From Octopus sinensis (Eukaryota): a stretch of DNA of 64,000 nucleotides. A model generated the notes under the pieces. The model was not told the DNA's origin. It was given only the letters and a program-made list of their open reading frames with translations, and made no database searches. The position numbers were made by a program, and so were the translations under genes. Location of the stretch: the NCBI RefSeq assembly GCF_006345805.1, contig NW_021831731.1, positions 124,001 through 188,000 on the forward strand, given 5' to 3'. This document shows positions 26,728 through 39,513 of the stretch, in pieces (the first letter of the stretch is position 1; each line of letters opens with the position of its first letter).

Positions 26728-26730
<3 letters not shown>
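24924..26730 (+). mobile_element. 5'-truncated Dong/R4-type LINE ending in (AAT)n
   Basis: RRGIFQGDTLSPLLF, KYLGI, CRICGDGQETINHIISSC (CCHC), NRPDIVV (REL), ALLGTAHILRR, 3' UTR, then (AAT)n from 26731. The YMDD motif is removed by a 22-bp deletion. Confidence 0.92.
25345..26370 (+). pseudogene. Largest open fragment (341 aa) of the Dong-type ORF: thumb, CCHC knuckle and start of REL
   Basis: ORF track; motifs RYGTLH-like MHHPKSDIERLY, KPLHGKY, CRIC...H...C, NRPD. Confidence 0.85.
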
Positions 26731-26798
<68 letters not shown>

Positions 26799-27329
26799 TA
26801 ATAATAATAATAATAGTCAAGACGAAGTGCGCGATTCGATTGTAAGATATTTTATTGGTTGAACGATATTTCAACAGTAAGTCCGTCTTTGTCAAGTTCA
26901 AAATAAGAAGTGATACTGAGCATTTAGTTTCAAGCGGAAGCAATTTTGAAGAAGACTTGAAAGTGCATATTCTCAAAAACTATTCTGAATCTGCTTCACT
27001 TTCACTTCTCAGAATGTATGAGGAGAAATATGTTTGCGGGTTATTAACATCACGCTCTGGAGGAATGAATAAGATGACAGGAGAATATCAACAAATTTAC
27101 ACAAAACTGTTTGATTAAATATTCTTCTTTCTCTCTTTTCTCTTTCCTCTTTTTATTTCTGTCGGTTTCTTTTTTTGTCTTTTCTATATTTTTCTTTTCG
27201 CCTGTTATAAAAGTTTAACTTAAAAGCTGATGATGTCATTCCATCAACGTATGGACGCTGGTTGCTCATGTTCATACTTTACGTTTAAATTTCTATAATT
27301 CTGAATTTTTATCACGTCAATCTTTTTAA

Positions 27330-27363
<34 letters not shown>

Positions 27364-27405
27364 GTAATAATAATAATGATAATAATAATAATAATAATAA
27401 TAATA

Positions 27406-27467
<62 letters not shown>

Positions 27468-27468
27468 T

Positions 27469-27500
<32 letters not shown>

Positions 27501-28053
27501 GAGTCAGAGAGCAGTGCATGGCATCAAAGTGACACTGGGGTATAATATACGAAGCCCAGTATACCCATCATGACTACCCATCTGATAAGGGTACACTAAG
27601 CACATGCATCACAACCATATGTGCGCGACATAGTGATCTCACATCAAGATAAACAGCAGATGACCTTGCATGTGGGGCCCAGTTAGAGTTTTCTTCAAGT
27701 CCAGTAACCCGTCCCGCTCAAAAGGTCCCTGAATAAGGTTGGTTTAAGGATGTTGAACGAAACACCTATGTTTCCAGAGGTGAATTATTCAAACCCCAAA
27801 GTATCCCTCTCAACACTTGGCTATGATGCTGCCCCACTACTTCTGCTTGTGATCAGAGATGCACACATCCTTAGTCACTAAGGGACATTCTCAACTGATT
27901 AAGGTCAAACAACTGACAAGTAAATCTGTGGTACTGAGCAGAATATTTGCTGTATCCCATCTTTTATACCAAGACAAAACAATGTACATGATAAAACCTC
28001 CAATCAGTTAAGATCAGGAGCCATGAGAGCCACTGTCTGGTACTACATCAGGG

Positions 28054-28055
<2 letters not shown>
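27501..28055 (-). mobile_element. Second full-length, more diverged copy of the 555-bp retroposon, in (TTA)n
   Basis: Colinear with the reverse complement of 23752-24306 from end to end; TTA repeats on both sides. Confidence 0.85.
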
Positions 28056-28112
<57 letters not shown>

Positions 28113-29103
28113 GTTGTTGTTGTTGTTGTTGTTATTATTATTATAATAATTATTATTATCATTGTTTTTTCTACCAGTAATTACAAATACAATAGGGTGA
28201 ATTGTTTCTTTACAAAGCCAACTTCAGCGTTCTCAGTAGTCGCTGGTAGTATTAAACACATTTCACCTCTGCTGACCCAAAGGGTATGAAGATTCTTTTG
28301 TCTTCTGTTGCTGATCTATTCACCAAGCTACTACTCTTCCCCCAACTATTTCCTTCAAGAATCACATATTTCTGATTATCTCAAGTACAAGACAAAAGTT
28401 GAAAATAAAGAACATTGAATAAGATCTTTTAATAATAAATGGAAATAGTAATAATGATAATAACAATAGTAGTGGTGGTGATGGTGATAATGATAAAAAT
28501 GATAATAAGAATATGCTGCAGCTACTAATACTACAACTACTACTATTCTGATAGCAAGGGATCTGAGACCCAACTACCACTAATACTACTACCCCACCCC
28601 TACTACTGTTGCTGTTGCTGTCACCACTGCTGCTACTTCACATAGATACAACAATAAAAGCAGTAATTGACAACGGAGATAGAAGACTGAAGAAAATCCT
28701 GTCCACCGAAGAAGATTACAAGTGAGCAATAGACTCACTCGAAAGTGGTTTTGCATGGCAGAAAGAATAGTTACACTTCTTTTAAAGTACAACATCGCTG
28801 AGGAAGGCCAGATCAAATAGTGTAATTTTCTATGTGGCTGTCCATGTGAACAGCACTGGGAATTGGTGCCACCCCTGCCCTGCATAGGCCTGTGTAACCT
28901 CTGAGTTTGCTAATATAACTATGATAAATAGTAAAAAATAAAAACAATAATATCAGTGATATCAGTGATGATAATAATAATTATATTGAAAGGAAACGTG
29001 TGGAGTCTCGCCATGACCTGATTAATGATACATCTTGTGATGGTGTCACAATAAAAACACTGGTATTTGCGCAACCTGATAATCACTCCTTATATGAGAG
29101 ACA

Positions 29104-32100
29104 ATGAAAAAAAAAACAAAGTATTGTGAATAACGGTGGAAATGAACGTGAAACCATTGGTGGTGACAGTGTTGCACCCGACAGGCTCAGAGATTCTGGT
29201 CCGGCTCCAACCTGTCGATAGCCAGAAAGGGACCAATACACATGGCGTACATGAAACAAGCAAATTAATGCTGTGGTCATGGAGTGTTACTACCTAATCA
29301 AACCGGTAGATGAAAATAGTGCTCAAATAAGGGGTTAGCGACAACGTATGTATGATCATTGGAAGGAAAAGGGATTGGTTGAACTCACGGAACAGAGTCT
29401 ATGTGATCAAGCTAGAGGAATAAAAAAACGTTGGTTCACAGAAGTAGAGCTCGAAGCTATCAAAAGACGGGTCTTGGAAAATAGCGGCAGACATAACGAT
29501 GAAAATACATTTCGAGTAATCTTATAGCACAGGAAAGGGGCAGTAGTAGCTTACTTGATGAGAGACATATAGTTGATCTGAAAGAAGTCAATAAAACTAA
29601 TGGCGACATGACAAATGAACAAATGGCAATCTACGGCAGAATAAAGGCAAGACTAAAGGAAAACGACAGTAACATTATTTGCAACATTAAAAAAGGTTGA
29701 TCGGTGGAAATTGAACCAAGAAGCGAAACATGTCAATGAAATTCTGAAATACATCAGAACAAACAACATCACGAAAACAAATAATTTGATCAATGCAGCA
29801 AGTATTGTTGTAGCAGAAAACGTTGGTGTTGATGTCAAGAAAATGAAATATAATGGGAGTAACAAAAGAAGAATACAGGCAGGGTTAGACATGCTCTCGA
29901 AGAACATTTCTGTGTTAGACCGAAAAGAGAAAGGGGAGCCTAAAAGCGAACAAAAATACAGGGCGCTGAAAAGGAAGTATAATATTGAAAGAAAGAGCAT
30001 GAAAGTGGTAATGGAGGAACTGAAACAGTGCCTCGTTGCAAAGAAAAAAAAGATGGTAAGATACGACCAAAATGAAGGGTTATCACCAGAAAAGGTTATT
30101 CAGAGTAGATCAGAAGAGATTCTATAAAGAAATAAATGTAGAGTGCACAGATGAAAAGTTGATATCAGATAACAATGATAGTAAAATATTTTGGGGCGAC
30201 ATCTGGATCAAAGACAAGGAGCACAAGAAGGATGCTGAATGGTTTCAAGAACTGAAACAAACAGTAGTCTGTCCAAAATAGGCAGAACTAGTCATTTCAG
30301 TTATGGAAGTGAATGAAACTAGCAAAAAATGAGCTACTGGAAGACCCCGGAACCAGATGGAGTTCAAGGCTACTGGATCAAAAGATTTGGTGAATGTCAT
30401 GCACAAATAGCTGCGCAACTCAACACCTTCTTAAATTGTGTAGGACATTGGGTAGGACAGTACTGTGCTTAAAAAACATCGAAAAAGGCAATAAGGTAGA
30501 CAATTACAGGCGGCCGATATCCTGTTTGCCACGTATGTGGAAATTATTAACTAGAATACTCGCAGAGTCAATGTACAAACATCTGGAAAAAAATGGAGTC
30601 CTGCCATATGAGTAGAAGGGTTGCAAACGTAAGTGCAGAGGCACTAAGGATCAACTCCTGATATACAAAACTCTACTCAGAGCCTGCAAGAGGAGGAAAA
30701 GTAACTTAGCCATGTCATGGATCGACTGTCGTAAGGTGTACGATATGATCCCACATTCTTGGATTATGAAATGTATGAACCTATTTGATAGCTAATCGAA
30801 TGTTGAGCGATTGCTTGGAAAAAGTATGGCGAAATGGAGGACGGACATGACAGCATACGGAAGAAGTTTAGGGACAGTAAAAATTAGGAGGGGCATCTTC
30901 CAAAGAGACTGCCTGTCCCCACTGATCTTTGTACTGTACTTGATAGCACTAACACTGATTCTGAGGAAAGCAAAGGCTGGGTATGTATTCAAAAGCAGCC
31001 AACATAAAGTCAACTATTTGTTATTCATTGATGACCTCAAACTTTATGGTAAAGATGAAGCCCAAGTCAGATCCCTCGTTGATACTGTGTATACTCTCAG
31101 TGCTGATATCAGAATGGAGTTCAGACTGAGAAAGTGTGGTGTGTTAGTCTTGCAGAAAAGCAAAATCAAATGTATGGACGGGCTAACCATACCGTCGGGG
31201 GAGATTATGAAGCAGATAGAAGAGACGGGCTATAAGTACTTTGGGATTTTGGAAATAGATAAATTGATGGAGAAAGAAATGACAGAAAAATTTAAGGCGG
31301 AGTACTTGCGCAAACTGAGACTCATATTTAAGTCGAAATTAAACCGAGGGGATAGATATGGATCAGGAGTAATCGTATGGACAGTAGACAGTTTAGACAG
31401 AAAAACAAGGAAGTTGCTAACTAGATACGGGACACTCCACCCCAAAAGTGACAAAGACAGACTGTATGTACCAAGAAAAAAAGGGGAAGAGGACTTATTG
31501 GATGCGAACACAGCATTAGAGCAGAATAATGCAACATAGCATGGTATGTAAAAAAGCCAGAAAACCGTTCTTAGGTCAGGCTCGTGTAGGATGAACGATT
31601 GCAAAGATAAAGCACTGTACAAGCAACTGAAAACGAATGAAACTGAAAACAGGTGGGTAAAGAAAAGAATGCATGGACAGTTTCATAGGGATGTTGAAGA
31701 TAAGACAGACAGAAAAATGGCTGTGGATAAATAAAACTGATTTAAAACCGGAAACGGAGGCTCTAATCTGTGCTGCCCAAGAACAGGCACTAAGAACAAA
31801 CTACATAAAATACAGAATAAAGAGCACATCAGAAAGTGATAAGTGCAGAATTTGTGGACAAAATGGTGAAACCATGTGGCATATTACCTGCCAATGTACG
31901 CTCTAGCCCAGAAGGAATATAAGAGAAGCCATTGTCCATTGGACACTTTGCAACAAGTATGGACTTGACAGAGAAAAAAAATTGTTACGACCACAAACCT
32001 GAAGGCATCATCGCAAATGATAATGCAAAGATCCTGTGGGATTTTATGATTCAGTGCCACCACGAGATAGAGAATAGGAAGCCAGGCGTAGTCTCAATTG

Positions 32101-32473
32101 AGAAAGAAAGCAAACTATGCTGGATCATAGATATAGCATACCCAGCTGACAACAAGGTGTGCGAAAAGGAAGAAAGAAAAGTCGATAGATATGACAGGTT
32201 AGCTCAGGGGGTTAAGCAGGTGTTGTCGATGAAAAATGTGGTAGTAGTACCAATGATTGTCGGAGCCCTGGAAACAATGAGTAAAAATCTTGAGAAGTAT
32301 ATGCAACAAATAGGGGTTGCAATAAGGGTGGAGCACTTGCAGAAAACAACAATGCTTGGAACCGCTCGAATACTCCGGAAGGTGCTCGAAAAATAAGAGG
32401 TGTTACCTTAGTTCACTGGTAGTGAACATCTGACACCATAGTGCATCTCAAGCGTTAGAAGCTATGCAGAGAC
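29104..32473 (+). mobile_element. Near full-length, decayed Dong/R4-type LINE ending in (AAT)n
   Basis: N-terminal INAVVMECYY...[87 protein letters not shown], then a 3' UTR and (AAT)n from 32474. Multiple stops and frameshifts; 5' UTR boundary uncertain. Confidence 0.9.
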
Positions 32474-32513
<40 letters not shown>

Positions 32514-32554
32514 TAATAATAATAATAATAATGATAATAATAATAATAATAATA

Positions 32555-32610
<56 letters not shown>

Positions 32611-32710
32611 GGCATAACAACAACATGAACTTCCAACCCTGTTGTCTCTTGAGGTCTCTGGGTGAGACTTGGAGCCAACTTGTACAAATATAAAGCAAAA
32701 GTCAAACATA

Positions 32711-32711
<1 letters not shown>
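32611..32711 (+). mobile_element. ~100-bp 3'-terminal retroposon fragment between (AAT)n tracts
   Basis: Unique sequence ending AAAGTCAAACATAG-(AAT)n and preceded by (AAT)n. Dong-type affiliation is inferred from context. Confidence 0.5.
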
Positions 32712-32743
<32 letters not shown>

Positions 32744-32795
32744 TGATGATGATGATGATGATAACTACAACAACAACAACAATAATAATAGTAGT

Positions 32796-32988
32796 GGTTT
32801 CGAATTATGCCACAAGGGCATCCATTTTGGGGAAGGGGATAAGTCGATCACATTGACCCCAGTGTTTCACTGATGCTTAATTTATCGGCTCCGAAAGGTT
32901 GAAAGGCAAAATCGATCTTGGCAGAATTTGAACTCAGGACGTTAAGTATTTTGCCTGGCTTGTTAACGATTCTGCCAGCTCGCAGCCT

Positions 32989-32990
<2 letters not shown>
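32796..32990 (-). mobile_element. SINE of a second family (core TTGCCTTTCA(T/A)CCTTTCGG(G/A)G(T/C)CGATAAA)
   Basis: Reverse complement matches the core of 43540-43696; the 123-bp right part is repeated at 34344-34466. Confidence 0.7.
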
Positions 32991-33052
<62 letters not shown>

Positions 33053-33054
33053 GC

Positions 33055-33130
<76 letters not shown>

Positions 33131-33133
<3 letters not shown>

Positions 33134-34345
33134 CACACGTATTGAGAAGAGCATTGTCGATGTGAGAACTGTTGCTGCTCATGTATTTTAATTTAACTTA
33201 AAAAAAAAAAAATGAACGAACTACTAAGTTTGGTTTAATGGCCTACCAATGTATACTATGAGTTTCTTTGCCCTAGGAGTTGGGAAGACACTCGGCAAGA
33301 AATGGAAGCAAATTTGAAAGAATAAATAAAAAATTATAATAAGTACTAGGCTTACAAAGAATAAGTCCTGGGATTGATTTGCTCGACTAAAAGGCGGTGC
33401 TCCAGCATGTCCGCAGTCCTACACCTCCAAACAAAAGAGGGACTCATGAAAACCAAAGACATCCCCATTAGAAGAGGAATATTCCAGGGAGACACGCTCT
33501 CTCCACTCCTTTTCTGCTTGGCACTGTCACCTCTATCTGATATGCTAAATAGAACTGGATGCGGATATAAATGTTACGGCAAAACGATCAGCCACCTTTT
33601 ATATATGGATGACCTAAAACTATACGCTGCAAATGACAAACAGCTGGAAATACTATTAAAGACAGTTCATGGATTTACCAAAGAAATAGAAATGAAATTT
33701 GGATTAGAAAAATGCGCCAAAGTAACCCTGAAAAGAGGAAAACTAGTTAAGAGTAGCAACATCTCACTAGATAAAACCAATGAAATAAAAGAATTAGACC
33801 AAAGCCAACTTACAAATACTTAGGAATCCATGAACTAGATAAGACACAACACACACACAAATGAAAGAGAAAATAAAAAAAGAATATTATAGACGAGTTA
33901 GATCAATACTAAACACAGAGCTCAATGCTAAAAACAAAATAATAGGTATCAACACTTTAGCTGTCCCAGTTATAAGTTACAGCTACAATATCCTTAACTG
34001 GACACGAAATGAACTGACCAAAATAGATAGGAAAACAAGAAAAATAATGACAGGATCTAGGATGCATCACCCAAAATCTGACATAGAAAGACTATATATA
34101 CAACGTATAGAAGGTGGTAGAGGCCTTATACAGCTGGAAAACTACTATAAAATAACCACCATAGGACTGGAAAAATATCTACTTCAGAAGGAAGGAAAAC
34201 TGATCCAGATAGCGGCAAAACACGAGCAAAACAAAAAACTGTTCTCAGTATTTAAGGAAGCTGACAAATACAAACAAGAAATCATACCACCTAATAAACA
34301 TGAAGAAGAAGAAGAAGATGAAGAAACAACAAAAGCTATAAAACA
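33131..34345 (+). repeat. Near-identical duplicate of 24636-25826 (unique spacer + SINE tail + Dong RT fragment with intact YMDD)
   Basis: ORF-track offsets 8495 (24879/33374) and 8516 (25345/33861). Differences seen: 1 substitution, a 22-bp indel, a 1-bp indel and a 3-bp GAA indel. Confidence 0.95.
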
Positions 34346-34464
34346 CTGATGCTTAATTTATCGGCTCCGAAAGGTTGAAAGGCAAAGTCGATCTTGGCAG
34401 AATTTGAACTCAGGACGTTAAGTATTTTGCCTGGCTTGTTAACGATTCTGCCAGCTCGCAGCCT

Positions 34465-34543
<79 letters not shown>

Positions 34544-35474
34544 AGTTTTGTATGCTTATGCCTCTATGTGTACAGGTACACACATACACACATACAGGTA
34601 CACACATACACACACATATAACACGTACACAGACAGACACACACACATACACACACACGTATGTATGCATGTATGTATGTATGCATGAATGTTTGTATGT
34701 TTATGTGTCTATATCTGCATGTGTGTGCGTGCCTGTGTGTTCGGTGATTGCTTTTCCTAAACAGTTTTTCTTTCTACATTATCAGAGATAACAATTCTCC
34801 CACATGGAATATTTAGAACTTTAGCTGCGACTATGTACACATAATTCCTTATCGTCCGTACATATAAGTATTATTTGTAGAGAAAATGAGTCTCTTGCAA
34901 TCAATTTATATCTTTCTATCTGAATATACTCAGGGCAATATTTCTTAAACCATATTCTATTGATGAATCATTGCATTCAAGTTTATTGTTTCCACAGCAC
35001 TCTTCAGTCACATGTCAAGCCCTTCTGCTCTTCTGTTCCGTTCTTTAAGTGAATAGAACCAAACCCATCTCTTTTAATTGAGCAATGTTTAGCAATGTTT
35101 CGTGGATAGGTTTACTGAACGAAAGAGAGTAATAAAAATAAAGGTTCTTTGATGATACACATAATTCAAATAGGAAAATGTGAGGACTCGTCAGCACAGG
35201 TTAGCAATTTACTCTAAGAAGCGAAATTGGTTGTTCCATTTGGAGAACAGAACCTACCCACTCTATCTCCCTCTGTCTCTCAAACACATACACACATATA
35301 CTGACTAGAAGTTCAAACTTGCATTTGCGTGCGATAGCTGGCATTTATTTCATATATAATTATTCTTATGTGTATATTTATGTTTGTAAAGGCATTAAAC
35401 GTAAGTAGACATACACAAACACACAAACACATATACTTTATGCGTGCTTATGTATATTAGATGAATATACATAC

Positions 35475-35539
<65 letters not shown>

Positions 35540-35789
35540 TGTAGAAATATGTGTCCTGTTTGTAGATGTATTAATATACAAATATATACATAGTTATAAA
35601 TGTGCAGGCTTGTGTGTGTGTGTGTGTGTGTGTGTCTGTGTGGTTGCAGGCGCATGGGTCAGAGCGTTCGGTGTCACGATCATAATGTTACGGGTTCAAT
35701 ACCTTTTGCGTTTGTGCAAGGCACTTCATTTTAATTTAGTCTGGTCAACACAGGTGAAAATGAGTGCCACTCGAGTACTGGAGCAGGTC

Positions 35790-35841
<52 letters not shown>

Positions 35842-35869
35842 ACACACACTTCCTAACCCCACCTCCCAG

Positions 35870-36560
35870 CCTGGCTCGTTTCCCTGCTCCCGCTCACGCT
35901 GCCGCGCTTGCCCCTACCCCTCCAACACCACCATCCTCACAGGCACCCATCATCGTCCCTATTATATCACTGACTCCTTTACATGCAATTCTAGCAACGT
36001 CATTTACTGCATCTCCTGCTCTTTCTGTTCTCTGTACATCGGTCAAACGGGAAGCCACTTGGGCTGACCAGTTTGCGAAGCACCTCCGAGACATTAGACT
36101 CGGCTACGACACCCCAGTCTCGGAACATTTCCGCTCTACCTGTCATTCATTACAACATCTGACCTCTTCCCAGCTCCCAGCACCCACACCATCATCCACA
36201 CACCCATACATTACAAACACATTACATACGCACACACATTACACACGCACACATCCACATCAAAGTCACCAGCTCCTATCCCCACGCACACACACGCTCT
36301 CACATACACATGCCCCTTTGTTTTGGGATCACCAATACTTTATTATCTCCCCTTCTTCCTAGCTTTCCAGTATAACTACCTATGTTCTGCTAGCCGCCAT
36401 GATCGACCGCTTGCTTCAAAAGTTTTTATTCTCTCTGTTTATTTCCTCGCTATCCTTTCTGTTGGAGAGCGTAGGCTGGAAACGTAAAATACTTTCTCAC
36501 CTTCCCGAGCGTTAAACTAATACACCTCTTTGTTGTTTATACACCTGTCTTCGTCTTTTG
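35870..36560 (+). mobile_element. Penelope-like element 3' fragment: GIY-YIG endonuclease end plus terminal repeat
   Basis: YITDSFTCNSSNVIYCISCSFC-LYIGQTG...QFAKHLRDIRLGYDTPVSEHFR, followed ~250 bp later by a hammerhead-like motif. Confidence 0.8.
36455..36489 (+). ncRNA. Degenerate minimal hammerhead motif
   Basis: CTTT-CTGTTGGA-GAGC(gtag)GCTG-GAAA-CGT-A-AAA: palindromic stem III and GUA triplet, but mutated core and stem II. Confidence 0.5.
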
Positions 36561-36601
36561 TTTTTCTGTAAATTTCAGCTATTTATGTGTGTATGTATGT
36601 G

Positions 36602-36702
<101 letters not shown>

Positions 36703-36740
36703 GCATATATATATATGTATGTATGCATGTATGTATATAT

Positions 36741-36783
<43 letters not shown>

Positions 36784-36866
36784 TATATATTTATATGTAT
36801 ATTATTTATTATTCTATTATTTGATTGAACACTACACATCCATTTCCAAGTAAGTTTATCTATCTA

Positions 36867-36949
<83 letters not shown>

Positions 36950-37659
36950 ATCTATCTATCTATCTATCTATCTTATTCATATTGTTATTTGATTGAACGC
37001 TACACATCAATTTCCAAGGAAGCTTATCTATCTATCCACATATCTATCTATTTAGCAAGCTACATGTGATATATACAGGTATGCATATACGGCTATATAC
37101 ACATGAATGTGTACATAAAGGGAGAGCATACGTAAAATTACGACAAACTTAAAAAAGATAGAAACGCACATATAAGTATACACACACAGGTACACACACA
37201 CACACAAACATTTCTATCTATAGAGGCATAGCTTTATACACCTGTGTGTACGTGTTTCTTTATATTTATGCGTATACAACAGTAGATGCATATGCATCAG
37301 TAATCTTTCTTAACTTATACATGTAAACCCTGCCCAATGTTTAGATCATACGCATGCAATTACATACAAACATATATGAGTCTCAGCATTATGCACACAC
37401 ATACACACACACAGATATTTATGTACACAATTTGCTTCCGCGTTAGTCAGATAGCTTACTTGCCACAAAATAGATGGCAGGCTAGCCTGTAGCAAATGTA
37501 TTAACGCTTCTCAACGTTATATTGATTTTAAAACGTTGACACAACAGACCCATTCTAACTACTACTCTGCTATTACTCTGGACACATTTGGCAGACACAA
37601 AGCTAATATTAGCGTTATAATGTATCTTTATGCTATATGTATGCTTTTATCATATACAT

Positions 37660-37692
<33 letters not shown>

Positions 37693-37715
37693 TATATATT
37701 ATATATATATATAAT

Positions 37716-37802
<87 letters not shown>

Positions 37803-37809
37803 TATATAT

Positions 37810-37988
37810 ATACACACGTGTAAGTACATATGTATATGTATTCATACAGGTATATAGATATATGTTTATACATACCCGTATGTACATATATATATATATA
37901 TATATATATAGGTATGGTGATGCAAACACCATAACTATAAATGCTAACGGATGAAACTCTCGGCCCTTGAGGGACACTGTTGCTTCTG

Positions 37989-38027
<39 letters not shown>

Positions 38028-38045
38028 ACACACACACACACACAC

Positions 38046-38092
<47 letters not shown>

Positions 38093-38155
38093 GTGTAAGT
38101 ACATATGTATATGTATTCATACAGGTATATAGATATATGTTTATACATACCCGTA

Positions 38156-38191
<36 letters not shown>

Positions 38192-38280
38192 TATGGTGAT
38201 GCAAACACCATAACTATAAATGCTAACGGATGAAACTCTCGGCCCTTGAGGGACACTGTTGCTTCTGCTACACACACACA

Positions 38281-38340
<60 letters not shown>
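37810..38340 (+). repeat. Tandem duplication of a ~275-bp unit
   Basis: CACACGTGTAAGTAC...GGTATGGTGATGCAAAC...GTTGCTTCTGCTA occurs at 37810-37990 and 38085-38269, identical outside the microsatellites. Confidence 0.92.
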
Positions 38341-38352
<12 letters not shown>

Positions 38353-38486
38353 TATATATATATATATACACACACAGAGAAACACACAAAAACACACCAT
38401 CTTATATCTCCATACTTAATTGTGTTATGTATGTATGTATGTATGTATGTATGTATGTATGTATGTATCTATCTATCTATCCGTCC

Positions 38487-38565
<79 letters not shown>

Positions 38566-39067
38566 CAACTTACCTGTCAATCGATCCGCATGCCTAATAA
38601 ATTGCTTCCTCTTTTTGCCAATTTCTGACACAACATATCTACGTGAATCACTAATCCACTGCTAACCACTATCATCAATATCGTTAGAATCTCATCTACT
38701 ACAATCACAACTACTGTTGCTATCAACATTTTCACAAATCACCACTACTGCTGTCTCTATGTGGTTGATCTACTTGCTAGAAATAACAGCCAAATATTCT
38801 TCAACTCACACACACTGTTGTGTCTTAGGGCCTGAATAATATGGTGCTACCTTCCTTGTAAATAGGTAAAAAAAACACCCCAAGAAACCCCAGAATAGTG
38901 CCTTTGATTATATGTCTGCTCCTTCAGCTATAACCCCGAGGGCTACATCAAACAGCTACATCAAACAACAAACATAGTCTATGTCACAATCAGTACAAAA
39001 ACAATAACAACAAATCAACTATAGCTATATTACTACTATGCAATCAGCGATCACCTACTCCACTCGA

Positions 39068-39513
39068 GCTGCTGTTGCTGTTGTTACTACTACTACTACT
39101 ACTACTACAATTACTACCGCCACCACCATCACCATTACTACTACTGTCGCTACTACCACCTTCACAACTTCTACAACTACTACTACTACTACTACCACTA
39201 CTATTACTACCACCTCCACTACCACCACCACCACCACCGCCGCCGTCACCGCCGCCGCCGCCGCCGCCACCGCCGCCGCCACCGCCACCGCCGCCGTCAT
39301 CGCCGCCGTCACCGCCGCCGTCACCGCCGCCGTCCACCGCCACCGTCACCGCCGTCGCCGCCGCCGTCACCGTCGCCGCCGCCGTCACCGTCGCCGCCGC
39401 CGCCACCGCCGCCGCCGATGCCATCATCGCGACCGTCGCCACCATCGCGGCAACCGCCACCGCAGCGACACCACCACCGCCACCACCGCCACTGCTACTA
39501 CTACTACTACTAC
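39068..39513. repeat. Compound trinucleotide tract ACT>ACC>GCC/GTC>ACC>ACT
   Basis: Direct reading; a GC-rich island in an AT-rich background. Confidence 0.92.

Noticed and set aside
28820-29060. Possible HDV-like ribozyme upstream of the near full-length Dong element
   Set aside because: GCC/GGC and GCTAAT pieces are present, but I could not build P1/P1.1/P2 by eye; it needs a descriptor search.
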